The notes under the pieces are model-generated. The model made no database searches, was not told the DNA's origin, and worked only from the letters and a program-made list of their open reading frames with translations. Below, one piece after another: positions 49,725-62,400 of a stretch of 64,000 nt of DNA. Position numbers and translations under genes: made by a program. The stretch covers positions 310,001 through 374,000 of the forward strand of contig JALMLS010000397.1 of NCBI GenBank assembly GCA_038496445.1, read 5' to 3'. Origin of the DNA: Trichosphaerium sp. ATCC 40318 (lineage: Eukaryota; Protista; Tubulinea). Positions within the stretch are counted from its first letter, which is position 1; each line of letters starts with the position of its first letter.

Positions 49725-50652
49725 TGATGGCAGAGTTTAGAATATTCTGGTTTGTTAATTTGATGGACAAAAGGATAAACTAATGCCCGCGATTCACAAA
49801 GTGAATTCAGTCCGCTTTAGTCATACTAGCAATGTTCCAAACACGTCGAACTATATTCCGATTCGGTTCAGAGAAGAGCAATTTTTTTCGCTCTTAAAGT
49901 TGTTGGCTTTTTTTTTAATCACCAAGAGCTTTTTTTTCATCCAAACTACTCATATGTTAAAATGCATAGTTATATATACATAGAGTGGTTGAAAGCCCTA
50001 TATTGAGTGAGTTTAAGATATCTGCATTTTAGCGCCTAGCATATTTTGACATAATTTTGTAGTTTGATCTGTTCGTCGCTTTAATACAAAAAAAAAGTCT
50101 CATACGTTGTGAGGATGTAAAGAAATGGTTTTAGGACAGTAATAAGGATATCATTGTGCCATTTTGTAGCACCACAAAAGCGAAAAAGATTAAACCAAGA
50201 CAGTTTTTTTCAAATACGAATTTTGCAATCTATCCGTTTGGAACATCGCTAGTACATACCTTTGTTGCAATATGCGAAGGATTCATGTTGGCGCAGGGAA
50301 CCAAATTATTTGTGCATAAATCTCACTTTTTCTTTTCAGGGCGGCTACTACCTTCCATTAGAAGAAAACGCTAGCTGACACTCGTAAGAACTCTCCTGGA
50401 ATGCACTGTTTTCAAAACGGGAAGAGGAGCACAAGCGTGTGCATCACATGAAAACCTCCTGAAGTACACTTTTTCTAAACTCAAAGGTGAGTACCAGCGA
50501 ACGCGTGACACTGGCTAGACGTCAAACTCGTCCTTCAAGCTAACGTTACTTCCTTTTTGATTAGTTATTTTGTGATAAGAAATCACTCAAACCACTTGTT
50601 AGTTTTACGGTGAAACAGTCAAAAAGTCTTCAGTACAAGAGATGTTTATTTA

Positions 50653-53446
50653 TCAACTGTACTCAATATCAACTGGTGGTCTTGGTGGTCTTGGTGTTAA
50701 TCCAAAGGATCTCACAGAATCTGTACGAGCAGCTTGCTTTGAAAGCTGTGAACGTGAGTTGACTGAGTGTACAGTAGACCTGCGTGAATGACCTCCCCAT
50801 CTTGCTGGATACACTCGTTCGCGCACATAAGGCAAAAAAGAAATGATAATACAGCCAACAATAGCTAATACAGCTACAACAACTGTCACAATAACAATAA
50901 TCGTAAGGGAGCTGTTTTTATAACAAGGCTTATCATCAACACTAAAGATAGCAACAATTGCACCTACGAGGAAAAAACCCGTTTAGCAAAGGGAAGGACT
51001 TACACTATATCACTCACCTCTCCGATCGTCTATTTGCGCAGATACACTTTCACAAGGGTCGTTACCAGTTTGAACTGAAATGGCATCAAAGGTGGCTACA
51101 TTAAATAATCAATTGTAGTGCATTATCACGTTTTTCCTTACCATTAATGCAGCTCTCAAATGCTCTGTCATACTCGAACAAAACAGCTTCCTGCTTATTA
51201 CTTACACTATTTGTGATAACAATCAAGCTACCATTAAAGCTAGCACACCCTTACCAGTATGTTAACAACTTATTTACGGAAAACATAAAAAGCAATAAAA
51301 AAAGTAGCGTACCAACGATGGATACCTCCGAGGAGGTATCAATTACTGTGTTACCATTCTGCTGTATATTACCTGATATTTGAACAGTACCACTAAAAGT
51401 TATATTTTTTGTAACAAGTGTGCCATTAAACATCCAAGCTGAACCAACACATATAAATTCAGGTGTAGGTGGCTCACCAATGCACGCCAACGTTGGCACG
51501 AGCGTAGTAGGTGTTATTGTAGGAAGTGTAGTTGTTGGTGCTAGCGTTGTAGGTGGTTGTGTTGTAGGTGACGCCGTTGTTGGTGCTAGCGTCGTAGGTG
51601 CCATTGTTGTAGGTGGTTGTGTTGTGGGCGCTAGTGTTGTAGGTGGTTGTGTTGTAGGTCGAGTAGGAGGGGGCAGTGTTGTAGGTGTGAAAGGCCTCTA
51701 ATGCTACTATTAGTGGTAATCAGAGCTTAAGCACGTGCAGCTTGATAGGCTCCTACGTCAATTTCTGCTACATTTCGAGTTCTGCCATCTATCTTCAAGT
51801 TAGAAAAATACGCTTGTGGTTAAGTTAGAAGTGTAGTAGTTGTACCCAAATCAAAAAGTGGAACAGTAGTCGAGGCACCTATAGTACGACACTTAGATGT
51901 TGGCGGAACGCAGGTAAAAAAATACCTGTAAAACCAAATACTTCTGTAGCTGCTGCTGTTAAATGATAATCACCGCCGGTGACATTAAGGAAAGCATTCG
52001 TATTCCCATCTAGAAATACATACGAAAGAGTTGAAACATCGTAAGAGTCTAATGATGAAAACTGGCTGCTTGCATCTAAAAAAAGAACATTCACCCATGC
52101 ACTGACATTAAGTGCGGATTCAAGATCTCCAACATCTATTATTTTCCATTAGTTAAACAATTTTGGTGGGTCAATCGCACCTTGCCCTATTGTCAGTGAT
52201 TGCCCAAAGAACCTCTCGCAATTGACCACTACAAACAGTTACCAAACATTTTACCCACCAACAAAGTATTTAAACTTGTTTCTTACCCTTGTCACAGTTG
52301 TACACAACTGCGTTTGTTACTGTGAGTATTGGTGCTACAAGATTCATTGGGTTAGCGCCTGTAAAACAAATAAATGCGACAACATTGTTAAAACTTAAAG
52401 TTGTTTCTGCAACAACAAGTTGTCAAATAAAACGCAAGTCTACGTACCCATTGGCTCTTTAGCGCACCTAAAACTATTAAAAATACGCAACAGTCCAATT
52501 GTACGTACGCAAATGCTTCTAAACTTTGTGTTGTTCCTCCACCGAATATAACGTTTTCTAAAGCTAAAACTCCGGACTTGGCGCGTACAGTTGCTGATAT
52601 CGCTTTAATTAGTACCCAGCTAAACAAGAATTGTCCGTACACTCATAGCTCCCGAAAATCTTGGCTCCACTTAGGAATAAATTGCCATCTTTTAATTCTA
52701 TCGCTTTATCGTCCATCTGAGATACGCTAGTTAGCATGTTTCTCGAAGAAAAAATAAAACTTGCAACAATACTTACCACTAAATCTCTTCCGTATATTTC
52801 TAAGTTAGTGATAGTGACTGTTCCGAGTTCAATATTAATTGCACTATTCCAACATTATTTAAGAATTCTGCTTGTTTCTGCCGACGAGAAAAAAAACTTT
52901 AACTTGTCTAACCTCTCTATCACATCTGTATTCTCTTGATACATCACTATGTTGTTCATAGTAACTGTTCCTCCGCCTATCCGAGAGGTTAAACTACGAA
53001 TTCATGATTTTCGCACTTTGTATTTTTATAGCCTCGCCACCATTCCCAACTAAGAAGGTTGTGTTTTCAACAAGAATTACGTCAGTATTTTGTAAATCAA
53101 GCTGCTGTATATTAATGTTTCGGAGAGTAAAGTTTTGGCAACTTTGAACACTAAGAGGCGGTTGCAAGTCCTTAAAGTACGGTTTAATAGCTGCGCAAAC
53201 CAAATAACGTACATTGTTTGTTCCTTGCACCAGTAAAGAATTGCAATCCTCACCACTGAGCGATTCCGCTGTCATACTAGTAACAAGTACACACCAAAAA
53301 CCTGCCTGCAGTTTGTTAAAATCGCACGCAAACAAATATCCCACCTGTTTTGCCTCTGCTATAGTCGCATAGTTCCCAGGAACGTTAGTGCAACTCTGTG
53401 TTGCCGAAACCAACACCAGGAGGCACAGTGAGGTTATCAAACACAT
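50653..53446 (-). CDS. Type I membrane surface protein: beta-helix-like N-terminal region, Thr/Pro stalk, Cys-containing juxtamembrane domain, TM
   Basis: Signal peptide MCLITSLCLLVLVSATQS; VPGNYATIAEA pectin-lyase-like start; PTTLAPTT repeats; CIGEPPTPEFICVGSAW; TM IVIVTVVVAVLAIVGCIIISFL. Confidence 0.8.
51501..51690 (-). repeat. Coding 15-bp tandem repeat encoding PTTQP/PTTLA mucin-like units
   Basis: Repeated gttgtaggtggttgt / gttggtgctagc units on the + strand. Confidence 0.9.
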
Positions 53447-53644
53447 TCTGGGGTCTCCGTAGGCTGCTTGAGGTGAAAAGAATGCACTTTGAGAATAACC
53501 TAAGTCACTAGCAGAAAACCGATTTTAGGCTTTTTATGGGAGTTTGCTATTTTGCTAAACGGCCAAGCTTGAACTGAGTTTTTGGGTTGTAGGAGTTGTT
53601 AAAGAACACATGACGCAACAAAGGTAAGTGGCATTTTACTAAAA

Positions 53645-54199
53645 CTACAACGCTGGAACTCCTTCAGCTCCTTTGAAAGGCCCAACGATTTCATCTGTCA
53701 CCCAGCCACCATAAAAACCACCTGGTTGTGGTCTTACGCGCTCGTCATCAATGTAGCATTCAAAGTGTGCTGGATAAAAGGAAATAAATCCGGCAATTTG
53801 TTCAAAGCCTGGAAACGGTTCATCGTAGCTCCAGGCGCACTTGGTGCGTTGTGTGTCGCCTACAGAAACGTTCCAGTATGTAGCTACCCCTTTCCACTCA
53901 CAAATTGAGTTGCCATCCACTTTTTGTAGGTATTTCTGATCAATATCACTTGGAGGTATATAAAACGTTGGAGGCCCTGCAGTTTCACAAACACGAACCG
54001 CGTTTGTCGTAGAAGCGATTGTTGCTTTGTTCAATACTACACGCACTTTGCGCTTGTCTACAGTGGCGCGGGGTGGCCTAGGATAATCGAAAACACTCTC
54101 TTGGCCAGGTTTTGGTTCAACAGCAAATGGAGGACGCTTTTGGCCGCGATATTCCCAGCTACTCCTAGACTGCTCCAGCCTTTTGTAGAGTGATTGCAT
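53645..54199 (-). CDS. DUF427 (NTP_transf_9) family protein, intronless
   Basis: ESVFDYPRPP, ETAGPPTFYIPP, SICEWKGVATY, AWSYDEP, QPGGFYGGWVTDEIVGPFKG. Confidence 0.92.
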   Translation of the reverse strand: MQSLYKRLEQSRSSWEYRGQKRPPFAVEPKPGQESVFDYPRPPRATVDKRKVRVVLNKATIASTTNAVRVCETAGPPTFYIPPSDIDQKYLQKVDGNSICEWKGVATYWNVSVGDTQRTKCAWSYDEPFPGFEQIAGFISFYPAHFECYIDDERVRPQPGGFYGGWVTDEIVGPFKGAEGVPAL

Positions 54200-54302
54200 T
54201 TGGTTTTCAGTTCAAGCAAAATTTCTCCGCAATTTAAGTTTGTGCCTCCTTAAAGTGTCATGACTTTGGCATTAAAAACAAGCTACCAGCGGTAGTTACG
54301 CG

Positions 54303-56600
54303 TTATGTGGGCGTTACAAGGGACATTGGAGAAAATCCCATCCATACATACAATCCCAAAATCACCGGTTCTACGTAATCCATGATTGCAACACGTGTCA
54401 AGTTGATAGAAAACCACCAATACGATAAAACACCCCAATTCTCTTTAGCCAACGCCCTAGCAATACTATTAGCTACAATCAATAGGGTTTTATAGTACTT
54501 GGCTGCTTCTATAGCGAAAACGCGGAACCTGTCAACTATTGTATGTCAGCTAGTTATTGATGATGAGAAATGTACCAGGTATGCCCAATTCATAATTGAT
54601 AGACCTCACAATATTCGTGTTACGCATAAATAAAAGAAGCTCTCTTGGTAGATCGTTGACTGCTTTTTTAGCACCGCTCACCTAAGGTAATAAGACAAAA
54701 GCTTTCTGTAAGAAGTTTCAACATACAACTTTATCATACTGTGCTTTTTCTTCTGCCGTCAAAGATCCTGTCTTAAGTTTTGATCGTAATTTACCATACG
54801 TACTCCTATAACTATGTCTTTAATGCGTACATTTTAACCGTCGTACCCTTTCGGTCGCTTCATAAAAATAGCGCCAACAGCGAACCTCCAATGTGGGAAT
54901 CCGAGCGCTTTACTATACTTTGCTGTACCCTCTATGTCATTGAGTACATAAGACTATACATATGATACCGTTAGTGTCGCCAAGTATTGTTACAACTACT
55001 CACGGTATAAAGGTTTGTTAGATTCTCTCTTATCTCTGTAGACAGCTCTTGATATAGTCCATGATCTAGAAAAATTACCTGGTGTGAAGTAAAAAAACAG
55101 AATTCTTTTTGAGTGCTTGATGTGAGTTCACCTGTGCTTTGCCATTTACTTTACGAACCAAAATATTACCAGGATGAGGGTCAGCGTGTAGAAACCCTTT
55201 TGAATTTGTTCAGTAAATAATAAGTGTTAAATCCGTACCATGCTGAAAGACCTGCTCTGCTACACCTTTCATCATCTTTGTAAGTGCTTCTTTAACTGAT
55301 ATTCCCTGCGCATTCAAAGCCTCAGCGTCTGTAATCTTAACTCCTTCCACGTATTCCATAGTTAATACATGCTGGAAAGTTTTAATGAAGTGAGTTTAAA
55401 AGTGAAGGTTATACTTTTGTTGTTAGCGATTGATAGACCTTTGGTACATAATAATCTGGATTATTACCAAAATTCTCTCTAGCACGAGTTCCGTTTCTCC
55501 CTTCATTCTCAAAATCTAGTATTGGGATTAATGACTGTTATTTCATGTGTGTACATACCCAACTCTTGATACAACGCTTTTTCAACCTCTTCAATCATCG
55601 ATAATGTCTCAATCTCAGGAAATTTAAACTTGAATAGGAGCATAAACAGCTTTAGCGCGATCATCTCACCACGGAAATTAAATGCCACTGATGGGTATTG
55701 CAACTTTATTGCAACCTGTGTGCCATCAAGTAGGCGCCCACGGTGAACTTGCCTGATAGAGTGTCAACATGACAATAGCAATACCAAAAAGAACTAACGC
55801 AATGCTGGCTGCAGCAACAGCTTCAGGTTCTATTGATGCAAATAAATCAGTGTATGGTACGCCAAAATCTTGTATGAACGTTTGTTGTAGTTCGTCAATG
55901 GTGACAGCTGGCACAGAATCATAAAGCACCTGTCAAAAAATTAGGCACATTATTGACACCAGCATACATACCTTTAAAGTGCTTGTCCATTCTTTTGTTA
56001 GCGTAACGTTAGCGCTAAGCATTACTTGACCAATTTTTATGTACAATCCCCCATTTTTGAGGCACAGTCGAAGTACACGCTCGGCGGAACGAGTGTTAAA
56101 CTACATATCAGTTAACGGCGTATTTTAAGCGTATTTACGTCGGATAGAGCTTGTTCGTAGTCCTTTGATGCTTTGTCTGGGTTTTTCCATTCTGTAAGCT
56201 CTAAGTCTCCTGCAATTACACCCAACTGTATGATAGTAAGCAATAGTACAATTAGGCAGTGTTGTAAATTTAATTTCGCGTGTGGTATTACGTACGGCGT
56301 ACAAGGCTCTACTCACGCGCGTAACACCACTTGCGAGCTGTTTAGCCGGTGTAACAATAGACCGGTTACCAAATTGCTCCCAAGCGTAGAGAGCAATGGC
56401 ACTGGTTGCTGCAAGTCCAAGAACAGGTGCGAGCCCTATGTTATGGTTATTGACAAAGCAAAAAATACATTCGTACACCGTGTGTTTCTTGTTTCAGTGG
56501 CAGTTTTAACACCGTCAGAAGTACGGGATGAGTAGCAGCGGGATCCAGGTTTATACCTAGACCTGTTAGCTCGGGTGTGAACTCGTGCCAAACGCCACAT
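54303..56600 (-). CDS. ABC1/UbiB atypical kinase (ADCK1/Mcp2-like) with mitochondrial presequence
   Basis: NGGLYIKIGQ (KxGQ), AAASIAQVHRG, VAIKLQYP, ELDFENE, LTMEYVEG, GFLHADPHPGNI, FLDHGLY. Arg-rich N-terminus MWRLARVHTRANRSR. Confidence 0.92.
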
Positions 56601-56847
56601 TTCTGGTGTAGTGACTTAAATTAGTACACAAAACACGTTTGTCACGTGTTTTGAAAAAGAAGACGGAATACCAAAAGAACAAGTAACAATAAAGTTCCAT
56701 CAGTTATTTAGGTACTCAACTTCTTTCTGGGCTACATTTTCCCGTTACAACTATAAAACCTGTTTAATACTTTTGATCTTTAACTTAAATACACCAATTT
56801 CTTACTGAGCTAATTGTAAACAGCTTTGCATGAATCCGCGTTAACAA

Positions 56848-58954
56848 ATGTCTTCAGAGCCACCTGTGAAGAAGAGAAAGCTCGCAAACTCTACAGTTGG
56901 CTTGGCGGCCATTGCGTGTGCTGCATGCCGAAAGAAGCACTACAAGTGCGATAAGAAGCTTCCAAGCTGTAGTCATTGTTTAAAATGCAATCGAAAGTGC
57001 GAGTACCTCATGCCACGCAAACGGGGACCTAAGAAAGGTACAACATTATTGATTTCACAATTTCTCTCTGAATTGCTAACATACAATAAGTAAACAAACA
57101 GGGTGACCTTGCCGAGCGTATAAAGCAGCTTGAAAACCAATTAAAACAACAAAAAGTAGAATCAGATTATTACAAACAACTTGTTACAACAAACGGCGCC
57201 TGTCAGCAACGCGTGGTATCGCTACAACATCAACGTCGCGGTGTTAACTTGGTACGGAATTATTGCGAATTGCTGGTGGTGCTATCGTTCTACAAACATT
57301 TTCTCGGCATAAAACACCAACGTTGCGGCGGAACTTTTATCCTAAGTATGTTTTTCTCCACAGGCAGCTGCAGCAGATGCCTATGGCTACATGCAATGTT
57401 TCTTGGGACCACAAAACGTGTATCCAACGCCTACGCTCAAGTTTCCGCAAGTAATTTTTGATGACCTCTTTTCCAAAGCAGGTAGTGTCACTGCCAAAAC
57501 AAAAAACCTCTGACACGATCTGTAGTTACGCGTGATAACATGCAAATCTATGCAATGATGGCTTTTGGGGCACTGTTACGCGGTAATAGCGCAGAGGCTA
57601 CTGAGTACTACAACACATCAATCCAAATGGCTGACAGACTTTTTGACCAACCATGTTACACAACAGCAGGTATGATCAATAGCCTGAATGCGACTAATTT
57701 TGCAATGTAGTGGGTTGTTTAATTATTGCTTTATATCAGCTAGCAGCCTGTAAAACGACGAGCAGAAAGTACCTTGTAATTGCTGACTCTATGTGCAGCT
57801 ACATGCAGAATACTGGTATAGATAAAGGAGGTACAAGACTCTTACCTCGTAACAATCACTTGATAACAATTTCGCAAAGAGTACGATGACCAACCTATAA
57901 TTGCGATATCCGCAAAGTTATACAAGGCAGTCTGTGAAAGAGCGTTGCCAAGGAGTGAATGGACTGAAGACTACACTAAAGTAAGTTAATAGGCTATCAC
58001 CAAACACATTTATTAACACTGTTGCAGACTTTACCGAAGCAAATAGAAAAAATGACTCAATATCAAGATGCCACTAATGGAAGCAAGAAAGTCGCTGTTG
58101 AAGCTCTCCAAAGTATAGTATTACTGACAGCCGCCTACGTACCGTGCATATATTGCTGTCACTTGTTTATTTACCGCTGCGCAGATTAAGATAGAAGTAA
58201 GAGGAGCGCAAAAATTTGGCACTCCATTTAGCATTGATCTAATACAACGTTGTGTTAGTATGCTGGATAACGCAGATAAAGTTATTGCAAGCGTAGAGCA
58301 TATGAATCCGTACTTGAGGTAACCTCATTTTTTTTTTTATTTGATTGTGCCGCTCACACCGCTGTAGACCGTGGTTGAGTAGTGCCAAAGCCTTGTTCTA
58401 TTTACAAATAGGCAACGAGCACATGAGTAGACTCGCAGCGGACTCTACCACAGAACAGATTGAAGTGATGACGGCTGTAAATAATTTATCAATTTCTCCA
58501 TTCATAGCGCTTGCAGTGCACGAGACGTATACTGTGCATAAACACTACAATGATCTAGACATGATGAGCAGAGATGAGGGAATACTTGAGGCAGTCGCCA
58601 GGATGTTGCCAGTTGGTAACACTATACTAGCAGTGCGTTGGAATGCACCCTTCCAAAAGGGTCTTTTTCTTTGTTTAATTTATTTAAAGTATTTATTTGT
58701 TTTGCGCCAAGGCTGTACGCAGTGGCCAGGAAATACGCTCACCAATTGGTGTACTCAACCGCCTCATCAATACAGAATCCATCTCGGTGCCTTCATCACC
58801 AGATCTGTCCTTAACGGAGGATCCTCCAGAAGCTGTGGAATTGTTCCCATTGCCAAATGATAGCACACTTGATTTGCGGCTGAATGCAGGCAGCGAACCA
58901 GAACAGTTTTATACTCTAGACGCACCACAAAATGAAAACTTACTGTACTTTTGA
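56848..58954 (+). CDS. Zn(II)2Cys6 zinc-cluster transcription factor
   Basis: ACAACRKKHYKCDKKLPSCSHCLKCNRKCEY..RKRGPK, then coiled coil LAERIKQLENQL, helical middle region and acidic C-terminal tail. Confidence 0.9.
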
Positions 58955-59448
58955 TAACCTTTGTAAATATATCCACAACCATAGAAAATATGGGTACAAA
59001 CACATCCCTTTGTTGCTGTTAACACAATCACAAACGGCGAAGCAACCCCCACAAATGTCCATTTGTTTTTATTACCCTTTTGATATTCACACTCTAGCGA
59101 CACGAATATGGAGGCGTACAACGTCAATAAAAATAGGCGTGTAACATAATATAAGGCTTTTTTTTTTTTGTGCTTGGCATGTTGGCTGGAACGCGCCCCA
59201 TAGGGCAGCAAGTGAATAAAAGACAAACTTGCAACGCATCACGTTTTTTTTTTTTCTGTGCCAGACTTTTTTCTGTTTGAACGTAAAGAAATTTTGGCAA
59301 AATACCACATTAAACTGCCAAATTACAAAGCTGGCCACGCAAGCATTCACATCAAACATAACCAGCGAACTGGTGCACGCTTTAGGGCGGTCACACATCA
59401 ATTGTTATTAATTTTTTTGGGTTTTTTTTGTATTTGTAGCAAAGCGGC

Positions 59449-62400
59449 ATGGCCAGGAAAAGCTTAGATATCTCGCAAGAGGTACCGCCATGGTTTAACA
59501 ACATTAAAGCAAACCCAACAAAAACTCTGGATCTGAACGCTATTTACTGCGTTCACGAAGCAGAGAGGCAGATCAAAAAGGATACAAAGGGAACGCAGAC
59601 GAGTTTTATGGGCTTTCCCAGCGACTTTATTGCTCCGTTCTGCGCACATCTGAGAGAAGACCAAACAATTGAACATTTGAACCTGGAAGGCGTCAATTTT
59701 AACATACATGGTATCAAAAAACTTGGAGACGCGCTCCAACATAATTCTACGCTACGTAAGCTAAATCTGAAGCACAACAACCTACCAGCCGTGGAAATAC
59801 ATAAATTTGTCACCAAGCTCGCCCAACACAATTTTACTCTATGTGAATGTATAATGGAGGAAGAACCAGACAAAGAAGAGGAGTTTACAAAAGCTTGCGA
59901 GTCATACGAATCGTTCACCCTTAACACTGTTTGGGGTGGCATGACAGGCGGAACATCTCATGTTGACCCTCAAAAACTCTATGATCACGCGTTGGATGAA
60001 CTACAGATAGTCCTTGAAGGCAATAGGACCTATGTCAATGTACGTTAACAGTGAAAAACCAAAAAAAAAAAAAAAAACAAAAAAAATCAGAAGCAAACAG
60101 TCTTTTTTCCCTTTTTAACCTTTTGGGAACTCCCTTCTTTTTTGCTTTTTTTTCACGTGCTTATTATTTTTCATAGACGCGACATAACGGTGGAGATAAG
60201 GTGGTTCTACCCAATAGGGGTAGACCTTCTTCAAATACAATTGCGTCCCTCTTGAGATCATTAGTTGTACGCTTTTAATGTTTGATTCTAATGTGCCATC
60301 TCTTTCGGGCGCCTACATGACAATTTTAACTCTTTTTTTTGTAGACCACCAACATACGCGTTCTTGAATTTGAGAACACAGAGTTACCAGTACCATTGCC
60401 ACCAGAGATTGGTTTATTAAGTTCACTTGAAGAACTGAGGATAATAAAATGTGGATTGAAAAAGCTACCGAACACTATTGGCTTTTTATCTAAACTCAAG
60501 ATTTTGAACTTGGCGGGCAATTATCTTACGCAGCTACCTGATGCCTTTGCTTTACTCACGAACTTGGTCAAAGTATCTGTGCGCGACAATGAAGGATTAG
60601 CCGACTTGCCTCTTAGTCTCGTTCAATCAGAAAAACTTAAAGTTTGCATGACTCAAAAATGTTCCTTGAAGGCACTTGGCGGTCTTCCTAGTGAAGTTAA
60701 GAAAGATAATACTGGCGAAAAGCTTTTGGGGTATATGCGCGGGTTGTATAAGGGAAAGAGATACGTGAATCGCTGTAAGCTTATGTTTGTTGGAGACGGT
60801 AACGTTGGTAAAACTTCGCTTGGTACGCAGTTTGTTTTTTTTGGTTTTTTTTTTTAATTTCTTTTACAACGTACTTACTTTGTACAGTGTCTTCTTTGAA
60901 AAAACTTGTCAGTTACGGCAAAAAAGCAGCAAGGAAAGTGTCGAAGAAAAAGCTAGTCCAGGACCAAGTAACTCCGTCGTATAACAATATCGCAACTGAT
61001 GGCATTGATATTCACTTGTTACCGATGGTTGCGAGCGTTAAATATAGTCCACCAGACGAGAAGAAGATTTATTTTTCGTTATGGGATTTTGCGGGTGCGT
61101 TGGGAGGCATTTTGAGATGTTTTTGAATTTTTTTTCACACCCCAAATCTTGAAAAAAGGGGTTGGTGAACAATTATTTTTTAATTCGTTGAAACTATACC
61201 CAAATGACGCCAATTTATTTTTATTGTCATAATATTATTGGTGGCATCATGTTATAACTTCTGTAGCTTAGTTTGTTTTATTTTTGTCGCTGGAATTTCG
61301 TCTGACATTTCGTTAGGACAAGAAATTTACTACGCAACGCATCAGTTCTTTTTGAGCGACAGGGCAGTTTATTTAGTTTGTATGAAGAGTACAGCTGATG
61401 AAAACGAGTTGAGTAGGGTTGAATATTGGCTTCAATCAATTCAAGCCAGGGCACCTAAAGCTCCAACGTTTCTAGTGTGTACGTTACAGGGCTCAATTTT
61501 TTTTTTGTTGGTGGAATTCTACAAAAAAACTTTTTATTTTTGTAGCGGAGTTGCGCTAACTGAAATGCTGTTTAGGCTCTCATTTGGATAATAAGATATG
61601 TACGAAACAATATTTGAAGGACCTAAGAGCTAAGCTCAGCGCACGTTTTGGCGTACGATTCAAGTCTAATCTTGTTGGCCTTCACTTCATTTCGAACGAA
61701 ACTTTGAAGGGTGTAGCCGGTACGTCTCATTGTTTCTATTCAACGAAAATTACAGTTATTGTGCTGCTCATCGAAAGTTTTAAACTGATCAATCTTTTGT
61801 AGACCTTAAATCAGCTATCATCAAAACCTGTACAAATGCCAAATACAAGCGCAAATGTGGTATTGAAGAAGAGCGTCCTACGTCGTGGCTACGTTTAGAA
61901 GAAGCATCTAAAGGTCTCGCTGCTACATCACCAGTTCCAGTTATTCTGTATAAGGTAATAATAACGCAATTTGCGGATTTACAAAAAAAGCAACCTAACG
62001 TTGGTTGTTATTGTAGAATTGGGAAAAGAGAGCTCTGGACTCTTGCGGTTTTGATACAAAAGAGGAAGTAGCGCTTGCTACAAAGTTTTTGCATGATACC
62101 GGCGCCATTGTACGCGAAAACTTTTGTTTTTGAAAACGCTTCTTGTTCCCCCTTTACGCGTTCAGCAAATTGAAGGTGACCTAGGTTTACTTTGACGAGC
62201 AAGAGTCGGGTCTGAGTGAGCATGTTATTCTAGACTCAGCCTGGCTTACGTCGGTATTCGCCACAGTGGTAACAATGAAGTCGAATATGGTTCGTGGCGG
62301 TATTCTTAACCACAGGGTACGTAATGGGACGGTTTCCGGAAGAGTTTACAACAAGCTAAAAGTTTTTTCTTTCAGGACTTGGGCCATATTTGGAAGCTAC

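Noticed and set aside
51501-51690. Tandem repeat as a CRISPR array or satellite
   Set aside because: It is an in-frame Thr/Pro coding repeat without unique spacers.
34238-58954. Fungal-style secondary metabolite cluster (questin oxidase, P450, Zn2Cys6, DUF427)
   Set aside because: No PKS/NRPS/terpene synthase, and the genes are dispersed among unrelated signalling genes.
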